In this document: piece by piece, positions 17,176-28,729 of the stretch
Numbering within the stretch: position 1 is the stretch's first letter
How the letters are laid out: every line of letters begins with the position of its first letter
Source: the human T2T-CHM13v2.0 reference genome, Homo sapiens
DNA length: 64,000 nucleotides
NCBI RefSeq assembly: GCF_009914755.1
Contig: NC_060931.1
Reading direction: 5' to 3' (one strand)
The notes under the pieces: model-generated
Seen by the model: only the letters and a program-made list of their open reading frames with translations
What the model was told of the DNA's origin: nothing
The model's database searches: none
Made by a program: the position numbers and the translations under genes

Positions 17176-17620
17176 CACACACTGAAGGAAAGGAGTGGGT
17201 AAATGAAGAAATATTATTTGAAGAAATAATGACCAAAATTTACCAAATTAGATGGAAAGAATAACGTTAAGTATCCAAGAATCTCAGTATCCTAAGAAAT
17301 ACAGATACTGATCCCTCCCACTCCTGCAAACATAAAGTCACACTATTGAAACTGTTGAAAACCAATGATAAAGACAAAATCTTAAAAGATAAAGCAATTT
17401 TAAAAGGGAAACATCAATAGGAATAAAGCTTTACATTAGAAAGAGATTAGAAGACAAAGCAGTTTGAGATACTGAAAGGAGAAAACAAAACAAAACCACA
17501 AAGCAACTATTAACGCAGAATTCTATAACCAAGGAAAATTCCTTTGAAAATAAAGGTGAAACAAAAGCATTTTCAAATAAATGAAACTGAATTTGTTTCT
17601 AGCAGATTTGCATCACAAGA
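16880..17620 (+). mobile_element. Old L1 ORF1-region fragment interrupted by a (TA)n/(TG)n microsatellite
   Basis: A-rich ORF1-like segments such as TTTGAAGAAATAATGACCAAAATTTACCAAAT and AGAATTCTATAACCAAGGAAAATTCC. Boundaries approximate. Confidence 0.7.
17020..17181. repeat. Compound (TA)n(TG)n(TA)n(CA)n microsatellite
   Basis: Directly visible. Confidence 0.9.
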
Positions 17621-17855
17621 GGTAAATATTCTGACTGTGTATATACATACACACGTATATACATAGGTATACTTTGTTGTACACATCTATATATTCTGAC
17701 CTTACAGTGGCCTGATTTGCCTTCCATATCTCTAAAGTTCTACTTTTATATCCTCTGCATTGTTTCTTTAAAATGAATCAATAAATACACTATGATGTAT
17801 TTTGGATGTTAGTTAATCTACAACTAGGAGTGGTTAACATTTAAAATATGCTAAT

Positions 17856-18308
17856 TGTCAGGCCTCTGAGCCCAAGCCAAGCCATCGCATCCCCTGTGAC
17901 TTGCACGTATTCGCCCAGATGGCCTGAAGTAACTGAAGAATCACAAAAGAAGTGAATATGCCCTGCCCCACCTTAACTGATGACATTCCACCACAAAAGA
18001 AGTGTAAATGGCTGGTCCTTGCCTTAAGTGATGACATTACCTTGTGAAAGTCCTTCTCCTGGCTCATCCTGGCTCAAAAAGCACCCCTACTGAGCACCTT
18101 GCGACCCCCACTCCTGCCCGCCAGAGAACAAACCCCTTTTGACTGGAATTTTCCTTTACCTACCCAAATCCTATAAAACGGCCCCACCCTTATCTCCCTT
18201 CGCTGACTCTCTTTTCGGACTCAGCCTGCCTGCACCCAGGTGAAATAAACAGCCATGTTGCTCACACAAAGCCTGTTTGGTGGTCTCTTCACAGGGACGT
18301 GCATGAAA
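17856..18308 (+). promoter_or_regulatory. 5' LTR7 of HERV-H
   Basis: 453 bp. TATAAAA at 18172-18178, AATAAA in R region, two ACAAAAGAAGTG motifs at 17943 and 17993. Confidence 0.95.
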
Positions 18309-18310
18309 TT

Positions 18311-18328
18311 TGGTGCCGTGATTCAGAT
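18311..18328 (+). other. Primer-binding site complementary to the tRNA-His 3' end
   Basis: TGGTGCCGTGATTCAGAT, two mismatches to TGGTGCCGTGACTCGGAT, starting 2 nt after the 5' LTR. Confidence 0.92.
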
Positions 18329-19779
18329 CGGGGGACCTCCCTTGGGAGATCAATTCCCTGTCCTCCTGTTCTTTGCTCCATGAGAAAGATCCACCTACGA
18401 CCTCAGGTCCTCAGACTGACCAGCCCAAGGAACATCTCACCAATTTTAAATCAGGTAAGCAGCCTCTTCTTACTCTCTTCTCCAACCTCTCTCACTGTCC
18501 CTCAACCACTTTCTCCTTTCCACTCTTCAATCTCTCCCTTAATTTCAATTCCTTTCATTTTCTGGGAGAGACAAAGGAGACACATTTTATCCGTGGACCC
18601 AAAACTCCGGCACGGGTCATGGACTGGGAAGGCAGCCTTCCCTTGGTGTTTAATCATTGCAGGGACGCCGCTCTGATTATTTACCCACGTTTCAAAGGTG
18701 TCAGACCACGCAGGGATGCCTGCCTTGGTCCTTCACCTTTAGCGGCAAGTCCTGCCTTTCTGGGAAAGGGGCAAGTACCCCAACCCCTTCTCTCCTTGTC
18801 TCTACCCCTTCTCTGCTTTTCTGGGGGAGGGGCAAGGACCCCTCAACCCCTTCTCCTTCACCCTTAGCGGCAAGTCCCGCTTTTCTGGGGGAGGGGCAAG
18901 CACCCCAACCTCATATCTCTGCGCCCCAATCCCTTATTTCTGCACCCCAATCCCTTATTTCTGCGCCCCGACCTCTTGTATCTCTGTGCCCCGGCCCCTT
19001 ATCTCCGTGCCCCGGCCCCTTATTTCTGCGCCCCATCCCTTATTTCCGCACCCCGACCTCTTATCTCTGTGCCCCAACCCCTTTTCCCACTTTTCTGGAA
19101 GGTAAGAACCCCCAAACCCATTCCCTCCATTTCTCTACTCTCTCTTTTCTCTAGGCTTGCTTCCTTCACTATAGGCAAGCTTCCACCCTCCATTCCTCCT
19201 TCTACTCCCTTGGCCTGTGTTCTCAAAAACTTAAAAGCTCTTCAACTCACACCTGACCTAAAACCTAAATGCCTTATTTTCTTCTGCCATGCCGCTTGAC
19301 CCCAATACAAACTGGACAGTAGTTCCAAATAGCCAGAAAATGGCACTCTGAATTTTTCCATCCTGCCAGATCTAAATAATTCTTGTCGTAAAATAGGCAA
19401 ACGGTCTGAGGTGCCTGATGTCCAGACATTCTTTTACACATCAGTCCCTTCCTAGTCTCTGTGCCCAGTGCAACTCGTCCCAAATCTTCCTTCTTTCCCT
19501 CCCGCCTGTACCCTCAGTACCAACCCCAAGCATTGCTGAGTCTTTCTAATCTTCCTTTTCTACAGACCAATCTGACCTCTCCCTTCCTCCCCAGGCTGCT
19601 CCTCGCCAGGCTGAGCTAGGTCCCAATTCTTCCTCAGCCTCTGCTCCTCCACCCTATAATCTTTTTGTCACCTCCCCTCCTCACACCTGGTCCGGCTTAC
19701 AGTTTCGTTCAGTGACTATCCCTCCCCATCCTGCCCAACAATTTACTCTTAAAAAGGTGGCTGGAGCTAAAGGCATAGT

Positions 19780-20340
19780 CAAGGTTAATGCTCTTTTTCT
19801 TTATCCCAAATCAGATAGCGTTTAGGCTCTTTTTCATCAAATATAAAAATCCAGCCCAGTTCATGGCTCGTTTGGCAGCAACCCTGAGACACTTTACAGC
19901 CCTAGACCCTAAAAGGTCAAAAGGCCGTCTTATTCTCAAAATACATTTTATTACCCAATCTGCTCCCGACATTAAATAAAACTCCAAAAATTAAATTCCG
20001 GCCCTCAAACCCCACAACAGGATTTAATTAACCTCGCCTTCAAGGTGTACAATAGAAAAAAGTTGCAATTCCTTGCCTCCACTGTGAGACAAACCCCAGC
20101 CACATCTCCAACACACAAGAACTTCCAAACGCCTAAACCGCAGCAGCCAGGCGTTCCTCCAGAACCTCCTCCCCCAGGAGCTTGCTACATGTGCCGGAAA
20201 TCTGGCCACTGGGCCAAGGAATGCCCGCAGGCCGGGATTCCTCCTAAGCTGTGTCCCATCTGTGTGGGACCCCACTGAAAATCGGACTGTTCAACTCACG
20301 TGGCAGCCATTCCCAGAGCCCCTGGAACTCTGGCCCAAGG
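19780..20340 (+). pseudogene. HERV-H gag remnant (capsid MHR-like segment and nucleocapsid zinc knuckle)
   Basis: KNPAQFMARLAATLRHFTALDP is MHR-like. CYMCRKSGHWAKEC is an intact CCHC knuckle. The second knuckle CPICVGPH*KSDC is broken by a stop. Boundaries approximate. Confidence 0.88.
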
Positions 20341-20429
20341 CTCTCTGACTCCTTCCCAGATCTTCTCGGCTTAGCGGCTGAAGACCGACACTGCCCGATC
20401 ACCTCGGAAGCCCCCTAGACCATTATGGA

Positions 20430-22620
20430 CGCCAAGCTTTGGGTAACTCTCACAGTGGAAGGTAGGCCCATCCCCTTCTTAATCAATATGGAGGCTACCC
20501 ACTCCACATTACCTTCTTTTCAAGGGCCTGTTTCCCTTGCCTCCATAACTGTTGTGGGTATTGACAGCTAGGCTTCTAAACTTCTTAAAACTCCCCAACT
20601 CTGGTGCCAACTTAGACAATACTCTTTTAAGCACTCCTTTTTAGTTACCCCCACCTGCCCAGTTCCCTTATTAGGCTGAGACACTTTAACTAAATTATCT
20701 GCTTCCCTGACTATTCCTGGGCTACAGCCACACCTCATTGCTGCCTTTTCCCCCAGTTCAAAGCCTCCTTCACATCCTCCCCTTGTATCTCCCCACCTTA
20801 ACCCACAAGTATAAGATACCTCTACTCCCTCCTTGGCGACCGACCATGCACCCCTTACCATCTCATTAAAACCTAATCACCTTTACCCCACTCAACGCCA
20901 ATATCCCATCCCGCAGCACGCTTTAAAAAGATTAAAGCCTGTTATCACTCGCCTGCTACAGCATGTCCTTTTAAAGCCTATAAACTCTCCTTACAATTCC
21001 CCCATTTTACCTGTCCTAAAACCAGACAAGCCTTACAAGTTAGTTCAGGATCTGCACCTTATCAACCAAATTGTTTTGCCTATCCACCCCGTGGTGCCAA
21101 ACCCATATACTCTCCTATCCTCAATACCTGCCTCTACAACCCATTATTCTGTTCTAGATCTCAAACATGCTTTTTTTACTATTCCTTTGCACCCTTAATC
21201 CCAGCCTCTCTTCGCTTTCACTTGGACTGACCCTGACACCCATCAAGCTCAGCAAATTACCTAGGCTGTACTGCCGCAAAGCTTCACAGACAGCCCCCGT
21301 TACTTCAATCAAGCCCAAATTTCTTCCTCATCTGTTACCTATCTCGGCATAATTCTCATAAAAACACACGTGCTCTCCCTGCAATCGTGTCCGACTGATC
21401 TCTCAAACCCAAGCACCTTCTACAAAACAACTCCTTTCCTTCCTAGGCATGGTTAGCGCGGTCAGAATTCTTACACAAGAGCCAGGACCACACCCTGTAG
21501 CCTTTATGTCCAAACAACTTGACCTTACTGTTTTAACCTAGCCCTCATGTCTGGGTGCAGCGGCTGCCGCTGCTTTAATACTTTTAGAGGCCCTCAAAAT
21601 CACAAACTATGCTCAACTCACTCTCTACAGTTCTCATAACTTCCAAAATCTATTTTCTTCCTCATACCTGACGCATATACTTTCTGCTCCCCGGCTCCTT
21701 CAGCTGTACTCACTCTTTGTTGAGTCTCCCACAATTACCGTTGTTGCTGGCCCAGACTTCAATCCGGCCTCCCACATTATTCCTGATACCACACCTGACC
21801 CCCATGACTGTATCTCTCTGATCCACCTGACATTCACCCCATTTCCCCAAATTTCCTTCTTTCCTGTTCCTCACCCTGATCATGCTTGATTTATTGATGG
21901 CGGTTCCACCAGGCCTAATCACCACACACCAGCAAAGGCAGGCTATACTATAGTACAAGCCACTAGCCCGCCTCTTAGAACCTCTCATTTCCTTTCCATC
22001 GTGGAAATCTATCCTCAAGGAAATAACTTCTCAGTGTTCCATCTGCTATTCCACTACTCCTCAGGGATTATTCAGGCCCCCTCCCTTCCCTACACATCAA
22101 GCTCGAGGATTTGCCCCACCCAGGACTGGCAAATTAGCTTTACTAAACATGCCCTGAGTCAGATAACTAAAATACCTCTTAGTCTAGGTAGATACTTTCA
22201 CTGGATAGGTAGAGGCCTTTTCTACAGGGTCTGAGAAGGCCACGGCAGTCATTTCTTCCATTCTGTCAGACATAATTCCTCAGTTAAGCCTTCCCACCTC
22301 AATACAGTCTGATAACAGATGAGCCTTTATTAGTCAAATCAGCCAAGCAGTTTTTCAGGCTCTTAGTATTCAGTGAAACCTTTATATCCCTTACGGTCCT
22401 CCGTCTTCAAGAAAAGTAGAATGGACTAAAGGTCTTTTAAAAACACACCTCACCAAGTTCAGCCACCAAAAAGGACTGGACAATATTTTTACCACTTTCC
22501 CTTCTCAGAATTCAGGCCTGTCCTCGGAATGCTACAGGGTACAGCCCATTTAAGCTCCTGTATAGACGCTCCTTTTTATTAGGCCCCAGTCTCATTCCAG
22601 ACACCAGACCAACTTAGACT
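20430..22620 (+). pseudogene. HERV-H pro-pol remnant (protease, RT, RNase H traces, integrase)
   Basis: Protease VTLTVEGRPIPFLINMEATHS (catalytic DTGA lost). RT motifs SPYNSPILPVLKPDK, VLDLKHAFF and LPQSFTDSP. Integrase motifs QDWQISFT, IQSDNR and KVEWTK. Many stops and frameshifts. Confidence 0.9.
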
Positions 22621-23185
22621 GTGCCCCCAAAAACTTGTCATCCCTACTATCTTGTCTAGTCATACTCCTATTCAACGTTCTCAACTACTCATACATGCCC
22701 TGCTCTTGTTTACACTGCCGGTTTACACTGTTTTTCCAAGCCATCACAGCTGATATCTCCTGGTGCTATCCCCAAACTGCCACTCTTAACTCTTGAAGTA
22801 AATAAATAATCTTTGCTGGCAGGACTATGCTGAATCTCCTTAGGCACTCTCTAATCAGATATCCTGAGTAGTCCCAATTCTTAGACCTTTTATACCTGTT
22901 TTTCTCCTTCTGTTATTCCATTTAGTTTTTCAATTCATACAAAACCATATCCAGGCCATCACCAATCATTCTATATGATAATTGTTTCTTCTAACAACCC
23001 CACAATATCACCCTTTACCACAAGATCTCCCTTCAGCTTAATCTCTCCCACTCTAGGTTCCCACGCCGCCCCTAATCCTGCTTGAAGCAGCCCTGAGAAA
23101 CATCGCCCATTCTCTCTCCATACCACCCCCCAAAAATTTTCGCCGCCCCAACACTTCAACACTATTTTATTTTTCTTATTAATAT

Positions 23186-23198
23186 AAGAAGGCAGGAA
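23186..23198 (+). other. Polypurine tract
   Basis: AAGAAGGCAGGAA immediately before the TG of the 3' LTR. Confidence 0.85.
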
Positions 23199-23649
23199 TG
23201 TCAGGCCTCTGAGCCCAAGCCAAGCCATCGCATCCCGTGACTTGCACGTATACACCCAGATGGCCTGAAGTAACTGAAGAATCACAAAAGAAGTGAATAT
23301 GCCCTGCCCCACCTTAACTGATGACATTCCGCCACAAAAGAAGTGTAAATGGCTGGTCTTTGCCTTAAGTGATGACATTACCTTGTGAAAGTCCTTCTCC
23401 TGGCTCATCCTGGCTCAAAAAACACCCCCATTGAGCACCTTGCGACCCCCACTCCTGCCCACCAGAGAACAAACCCCCTTTGACTGTAATTTTCTTTTAC
23501 CTACCCAAATCCTGTAAAACGGCCCCACCCTTATCTCCCTTCGCTGACTCTCTTTTCAGACTCAGCCCGCCTGCACCCAGGTGAAATAAACAGCCATGTT
23601 GCTCACACAAAGCCTGTTTGGTGGTCTCTTCACACGGATGCACATGAAA
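23199..23649 (+). promoter_or_regulatory. 3' LTR7 of HERV-H
   Basis: 451 bp. By-eye alignment gives about 18 substitutions plus a 2-bp indel versus the 5' LTR. TATA box mutated to TGTAAAA (23513-23519). AATAAA intact at 23585-23590. Confidence 0.95.
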
Positions 23650-24718
23650 CTAATGATAAAATCTCCCTATATAGATAGTTAACAGCTGAAGTAGTTAAAG
23701 CACGGGCTCTCTCCAGGGGCAGCTATTAAGCACTTCAAATACTTCGAATTATATTTGCACCTGAGGGTTAACTAGTATAAGGAATATCAGAAATAATATT
23801 TTAGTGGTGAAATGGTGTTCTTTGTATGTGGTGGCTTAAAATATTAATATTTTATGGCCACTGCTGCACTTTCATAAATGGAATATAAGAATCATGAGTC
23901 TAGCTGCTTAACAACAGAATATCTAGAACTCGATTTTATCTGTGCCTTGTCTTAATGTAGGACTCTGCCTTCCAATGTAGATGAAAAATAACAGATTCTA
24001 CATGAGTATATAGTTTCATATGCTTCAGGGTAAAATTGTGATATAGAGTGCTTCAAAATATACTTAAAAGTAACGAGAGTTGCGATTCACCCAGCTTACA
24101 GGAATAGGTTATATGACTGATCTTTGAGCCTGCTTGCTAGTAAATATTATATGTGTGGCAGGATTCAGTTGGGATTTGCTTTTATTATGCAGTATCACCT
24201 AGTGGCAAAGTCTTAGCGGAAGAGATGTATAACTGGCACCAAGTAATATTTATCTTAACTCAGTTTGAAATCTTCCCTCCTCCTGCATTCCCTACCTCAC
24301 CTGACCATGAGAAAGTAATTACAGAATCAAAAAGTCTTTGCATGTCCCTTGTAAAATATTATATTTTATTTATGTAAATTATATATGTACACACACATAC
24401 ACACCCACCTATATACATATTCCAGTTTGGTGGTTAAATTAATGAAAATATTAATATAACACAATAGAGAACACAGTTTGATGTTAAGAGATGTTCTTAG
24501 TGGGCAAATTAAGCAAATAAAATTATTAAGTGAATTGAGTGCATAGCAAATTAATTGGTTCACAGATTTTGTACTTGACAAGAATTTTAAAGGCCCAGAA
24601 AGATAATTTCTCTGTCTCAAGCAAACTGATTCAGTACATCGCAAATGCTTTTATCTTTCTTGGGAAGAAATGCTGTAGTCTTTCTTTGAGAACAAGGTTG
24701 TTTTAAGCATTGTTTTTA

Positions 24719-24865
<147 letters not shown>

Positions 24866-25287
24866 CTAAAGCAGGAAAAAAAGGGAAGGAATCTATCAGT
24901 ATAATAAACATGTTTAGTCCTTTTTGATTTTTGTTTTTCCTAGCCCTAGAAAGCTCATGTTTTACCGTAAATCTCTGTTGGGTGAAGGAGGCAAGAGGGG
25001 TAGAAGAAAAGAGGACAAGAACTTGGAGAAGAAACTGGGGTGATTGAAACACATTTTGGTTAGCAGTGATGTGTAAATTACATTTTATAATGAGACTGCA
25101 TCATTTTTCATGTATTCTAGTTTACAACTGAGGAATAAAAAAAGCACTATTCAGAAATTTCTTCATGTGTAAAAATTCTCATGACAATATGTTCCACTAA
25201 GTAATTAAGTTATTCCCAATGCTGTTAGTTTTTTAAGTACAGTATAAACAATGAATCAGCATAAAGTCATTAAAACCAAAAATTTGA

Positions 25288-25599
<312 letters not shown>

Positions 25600-25779
25600 T
25601 AGGGCAAACAGAATTTTAATGTTTTGGAAAGTAAGTCTTATATTCTCACACTCACAAATTCACATAAAGCACCTTCAGAGAGAATTGTTAAGTAAATATG
25701 GAAAACTAACCAACAAAAATAACATTTTGTTGCAGGACTATGATAAGATTACTATATTACTGTAAGAAATAGTAGTAGA

Positions 25780-26003
25780 CTGGGGATCAGCAAACTTTTT
25801 CTGTAAAGGACGAGAATGTAAATGTATTTAGTTTGATGAGCTATCTGGTCTCTGTTGCAACTATTCACCTTTGCAGTTATAGCATGAAAGGAGCCATAAA
25901 CAATACAAAACTAAATGTGTGGGGCTGTGTTCAAATAAAACTTTATTTACAAAAATAGGCAACAAGCCACCTTCGGCCTAGAAGCTCTAGTTTGTCAACA
26001 CTG
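25780..26003. mobile_element. MER58A-like hAT DNA transposon
   Basis: GGGGATCAGCAAACTTTTTCTGTAAAGG...AATAAAACTTTATTTACAAAAA...TAGTTTGTCAACACTG, with imperfect terminal inverted repeats. Confidence 0.8.
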
Positions 26004-27500
26004 GTATTCAACTCTAAGCTTCTTGAGGGCAGAATCTATTTTACGCATCTCGGCATTTCCCAGTTAATTGAGCACAGCACCTAATACATAACATGCTTAA
26101 CAAAGTTTTAATATATTCATCAGTAAATGAATTTTATGATCAGTATACTGAATTTAAAAAAAAAGTTTACAATAGCTTCAAAATCAACTTGGCTAAATTA
26201 ATTTTAGCAAGCATTCTTTTGACAAATTAGGTGTTGCCATTCCATTAAAAATAAATTATGAAATAAATACTAAACTCTTTTAGTGCCCAGTATTACTTGA
26301 AATCAATACATGCAATCATCAGTTACTGTCACGTTTTATAAGGACCTGTTGTGATTTCAGCACTTTAAAGTCTATCCTATAACAGTATTAGGAGGAAAAG
26401 GCCAGTGGAATCACTTGGCTAGAATGAGGAGTGCACTATCGAATTGATTATCCAGAGCACACAGGTACACTTATTTCTTCAAGTTTGCATTCACATGATA
26501 TTTTATTCTTTGGGTGACCCATATATTTGGTAGAATCTTTTCATTCAGGCATGGTGAAAATATGTGTTGTTTATTTCCATAAGCACCTGCACTTCCTGTC
26601 TTGACACACCGTCACATCTGAGAGGGAGCCTATTAGACCACATTTTGGCTCAGCTGAGCTAGATTGACATGGCCTAAGAATATGTTCAATTAGTCAGCAT
26701 CATGCTGTGGGCTAAGGCAACAGGAATGTGCTGACTCACTCCTTGGCTGTGACCCAGCTGCTACAGAGAATGAGGAGTTGGTATAATGTGTGTTAGTCAT
26801 TTATATAGTTTTTTTTTTTTTAACTGAAAAAAAGGTTAAGTTCACTTTCACAGGCAGATGTCTAGGACTTCCTCCAGGGTGCATTTGTGTCACAAAATCA
26901 GCTAGCCACTGCTCGCATGTGAAAGTTCTATCACTGATGTCTTAGTGTGTTAGGGACTGTGTCTGGGTGCTGATACACAGCATTTTGCCACTCACACCCA
27001 GCAGGGAAACTACAGAAAGAGAGAATAATGCTTCTTAAAGTAGAAGAGACCCTAAAAATGTTTAGGAATAGGTAAAATGTGTTTATTGCCTCTCTCAAAC
27101 TTTTTGTTTCTTCATTCATTTCTAATTTACTAAACTATGTAAAGTGAAATCTCACAAAGAATGTGCTTAACTGTTCCTAGAAAAAAAAAATTACCTGCAA
27201 TTATTTTTCTGCCAAATACATGAGAAATAAGCATTAGTATAAGGAATGTATAAACCCAAGTTGATTAGGATATTAGAAAACAAAATAAAAACCAAGATCT
27301 CAATGGCATCTCTGCTTCAACTCTACATTGAAATTAATTTTACATAATTATGTTTTATATGCCTATATATTTTTTTCTTCATGAACCAAATTGCATACAT
27401 ACTTTTATAAGAGCAAATAAAAATTTCAGTGATTCAGTTCTTTGTGGTTAACTAGGGATATAATTGATGATTTGTTTAATTTACAATGAATCATACTTAC

Positions 27501-27560
27501 CGCATCTTTTCCCTTCATTATGCATTCTTCCATTTTTAGAGCTGTACTCGGCCAGTGTAT
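27501..27560 (-). CDS. SEMA3E: Semaphorin-3E coding exon (exon 3, 60 nt, phase 0-0)
   Basis: Minus strand TTTTAG|ATA CAC TGG...GAT GCG|GTAAGT. Translation IHWPSTALKMEECIMKGKDA continues in frame from the previous exon. Confidence 0.96.
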
Positions 27561-27995
27561 CTAAAATAAAAGATAATGTACTATTATGACAACTGCATAT
27601 AAAAATAAACCACACTGAAAACCATTTCACTTTCTTCAACAGTTCAAAACATTTCCTTTTTTTTTTTTCTGTTTTCTGATAAGATACAATGGGTCTTTGT
27701 GTTATTCACAGAATTATTTGCATAATTAAGAAATGTATCGCTGGGCTTTTACTTTATGATAAATCCTTTTTTTTCTTGAATATTTTTGAAAGCTCACCTC
27801 AAGTCTTGGCCCTTCAGAGGACAGCCATGCCTTAACTAACCCTTTCCCATGTTAAACCTGAGTGGTGCTCCAACTCAGGCACCTCCTGCAGTTTCTTGTG
27901 TTTTTACTACTTAACACAGAACCTGCTGTGTGGTGGGCTCTCCTAATGTTTGCTGCATACAATGATTAAAGGATGAATGACTCTTTAAATGCTGA

Positions 27996-28306
<311 letters not shown>

Positions 28307-28729
28307 GATTATTTTTTTAAAAACATTGTTTAACTCTACCAGTTTCCAACTGGGTATCCAAAAGTTTTAATTGTATTTTAAGATTGTTGGTTTCTTCCTT
28401 TATACATTCCTTAAAACTTATATTTTAAGTTTGTTGGTTTATTCTCTGATAAGAAGAATATATCGAATTTTTCTTTTTCACCTCTAATAGTATCTAGCAC
28501 TTTCCTGAGACCACAAGCAGAAATCAGTTATACTTGTTAACTGGTTCCACAAATTTCTAATTGCAAAACTTAATTTATTTTTGGAAGAAATTTTTTACTT
28601 TATCACTTCTTTCCTTTTCTTTTCTCAGACTCCTTTTGGTCCCCTTTTTGCTTAATCTATAGAATTGATTGTACTATGTGCCAGGCATTGTGTTTTGAAC
28701 TTTATTTTATTTTTTCCTTCTTTTGCTTT

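Larger units (their letters stand above)
17856..23649 (+). mobile_element. HERV-H provirus (LTR7 - internal - LTR7), ~5.8 kb internally deleted form
   Basis: Two ~452-bp direct repeats (TGTCAGGCC...CATGAAA), 5-bp TSD CTAAT (17851-17855 and 23650-23654), tRNA-His PBS, polypurine tract, and degenerate gag/pro/pol remnants. Confidence 0.97.

Noticed and set aside
16983-17264. ORFs rich in YI/CV/TH runs (also 10238-10453 and 45788-46030)
   Set aside because: Translations of dinucleotide microsatellites.
17858-18067. Near-identical minus-strand ORFs MSQEKDFHKV... here and at 22971-23408
   Set aside because: Antisense translations of the two LTR copies.
20833-21198. 121-aa RT ORF as a functional reverse transcriptase
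   Set aside because: Non-ATG start, stop right after motif A, and YxDD deleted.
22620-23185. Intact HERV-H env
   Set aside because: Under 600 bp with no long + strand ORF; at most a small remnant.
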